Shown piece by piece: positions 53,080 to 53,448 of a stretch of DNA of 53,448 nucleotides. Origin of the DNA: Octopus bimaculoides (taxonomy: Eukaryota); assembly GCF_001194135.2 (NCBI RefSeq), contig NC_068983.1, positions 164,719,661 through 164,773,108 of the forward strand, read 5' to 3'. Position numbers and translations under genes: made by a program. The stretch's first letter is position 1; each line of letters starts with the position of its first letter. The notes under the pieces were generated by a model, which searched no databases, had not been told where the DNA came from, and was given only the letters and a program-made list of their open reading frames with translations.

Positions 53080-53085
53080 GTGAGT
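53080..53085 (+). promoter_or_regulatory. 5' splice donor of the globin G7.0 intron
   Basis: TGG|GTGAGT; globin similarity stops here. Confidence 0.9.
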
Positions 53086-53389
53086 AGACCGTCGCGTGCG
53101 ACATACGATACGTCTTGCAATGATGTAACTTAGAAATATTATCAGAAATAAATAGAAGACAATAAAAAAAAGCGTTACTACTTGCTACAAGGAACAACAC
53201 ACAACCCATTAATATACTGGATCAGATCTAGAATGACTTAAAACTATGCTGTTCTTTATTTCACAGACTGATTCAGCAGTCATCTAAGTTCCATAGTGAA
53301 AACTGATATAGAAAAAAAAATTAGCTTCGCTCTCGGTACTCTAGCACTGAGTTACTCTCATAAATATGTGTACAACTGCTATTTCACAA

Positions 53390-53391
<2 letters not shown>

Positions 53392-53448
<57 letters not shown>
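53392..53448. repeat. (TA)n microsatellite at the window end
   Basis: Read directly. Confidence 0.95.

Overview
AT-rich, repeat-dense animal genomic DNA from a gapped short-read assembly (12 N-gaps, almost all next to microsatellites). The SINE families recalled from memory (CORE-type and Meta-type tRNA SINEs) suggest an octopod cephalopod; this is an inference. The only well-supported host coding sequence is the central exon of a globin gene on the + strand (52848-53079), with canonical B12.2 and G7.0 introns, distal His E7 and proximal His F8. I could not locate its first exon, so much of the window may be intron or upstream DNA. The rest is about 20 Meta-type SINE copies, several CORE-type SINEs, a CR1-type LINE 3' end, MITEs and palindromes, and microsatellites. 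The most striking structure is two clusters (30.1-32.2 kb, - strand; 45.5-48.4 kb, + strand). In each, (AAT)n tracts alternate with 3' fragments of R4/Dong-type restriction-endonuclease retrotransposons and with a ~555-bp non-coding element, all in one polarity. This looks like a microsatellite-targeted autonomous/non-autonomous retroposon system. One copy of the non-coding element has captured an inverted-plus-direct copy of DNA lying ~3 kb downstream, and a Tc1/mariner MITE later inserted into that copy. Nearly all ORFs in the supplied track are artefacts of microsatellites or gaps.
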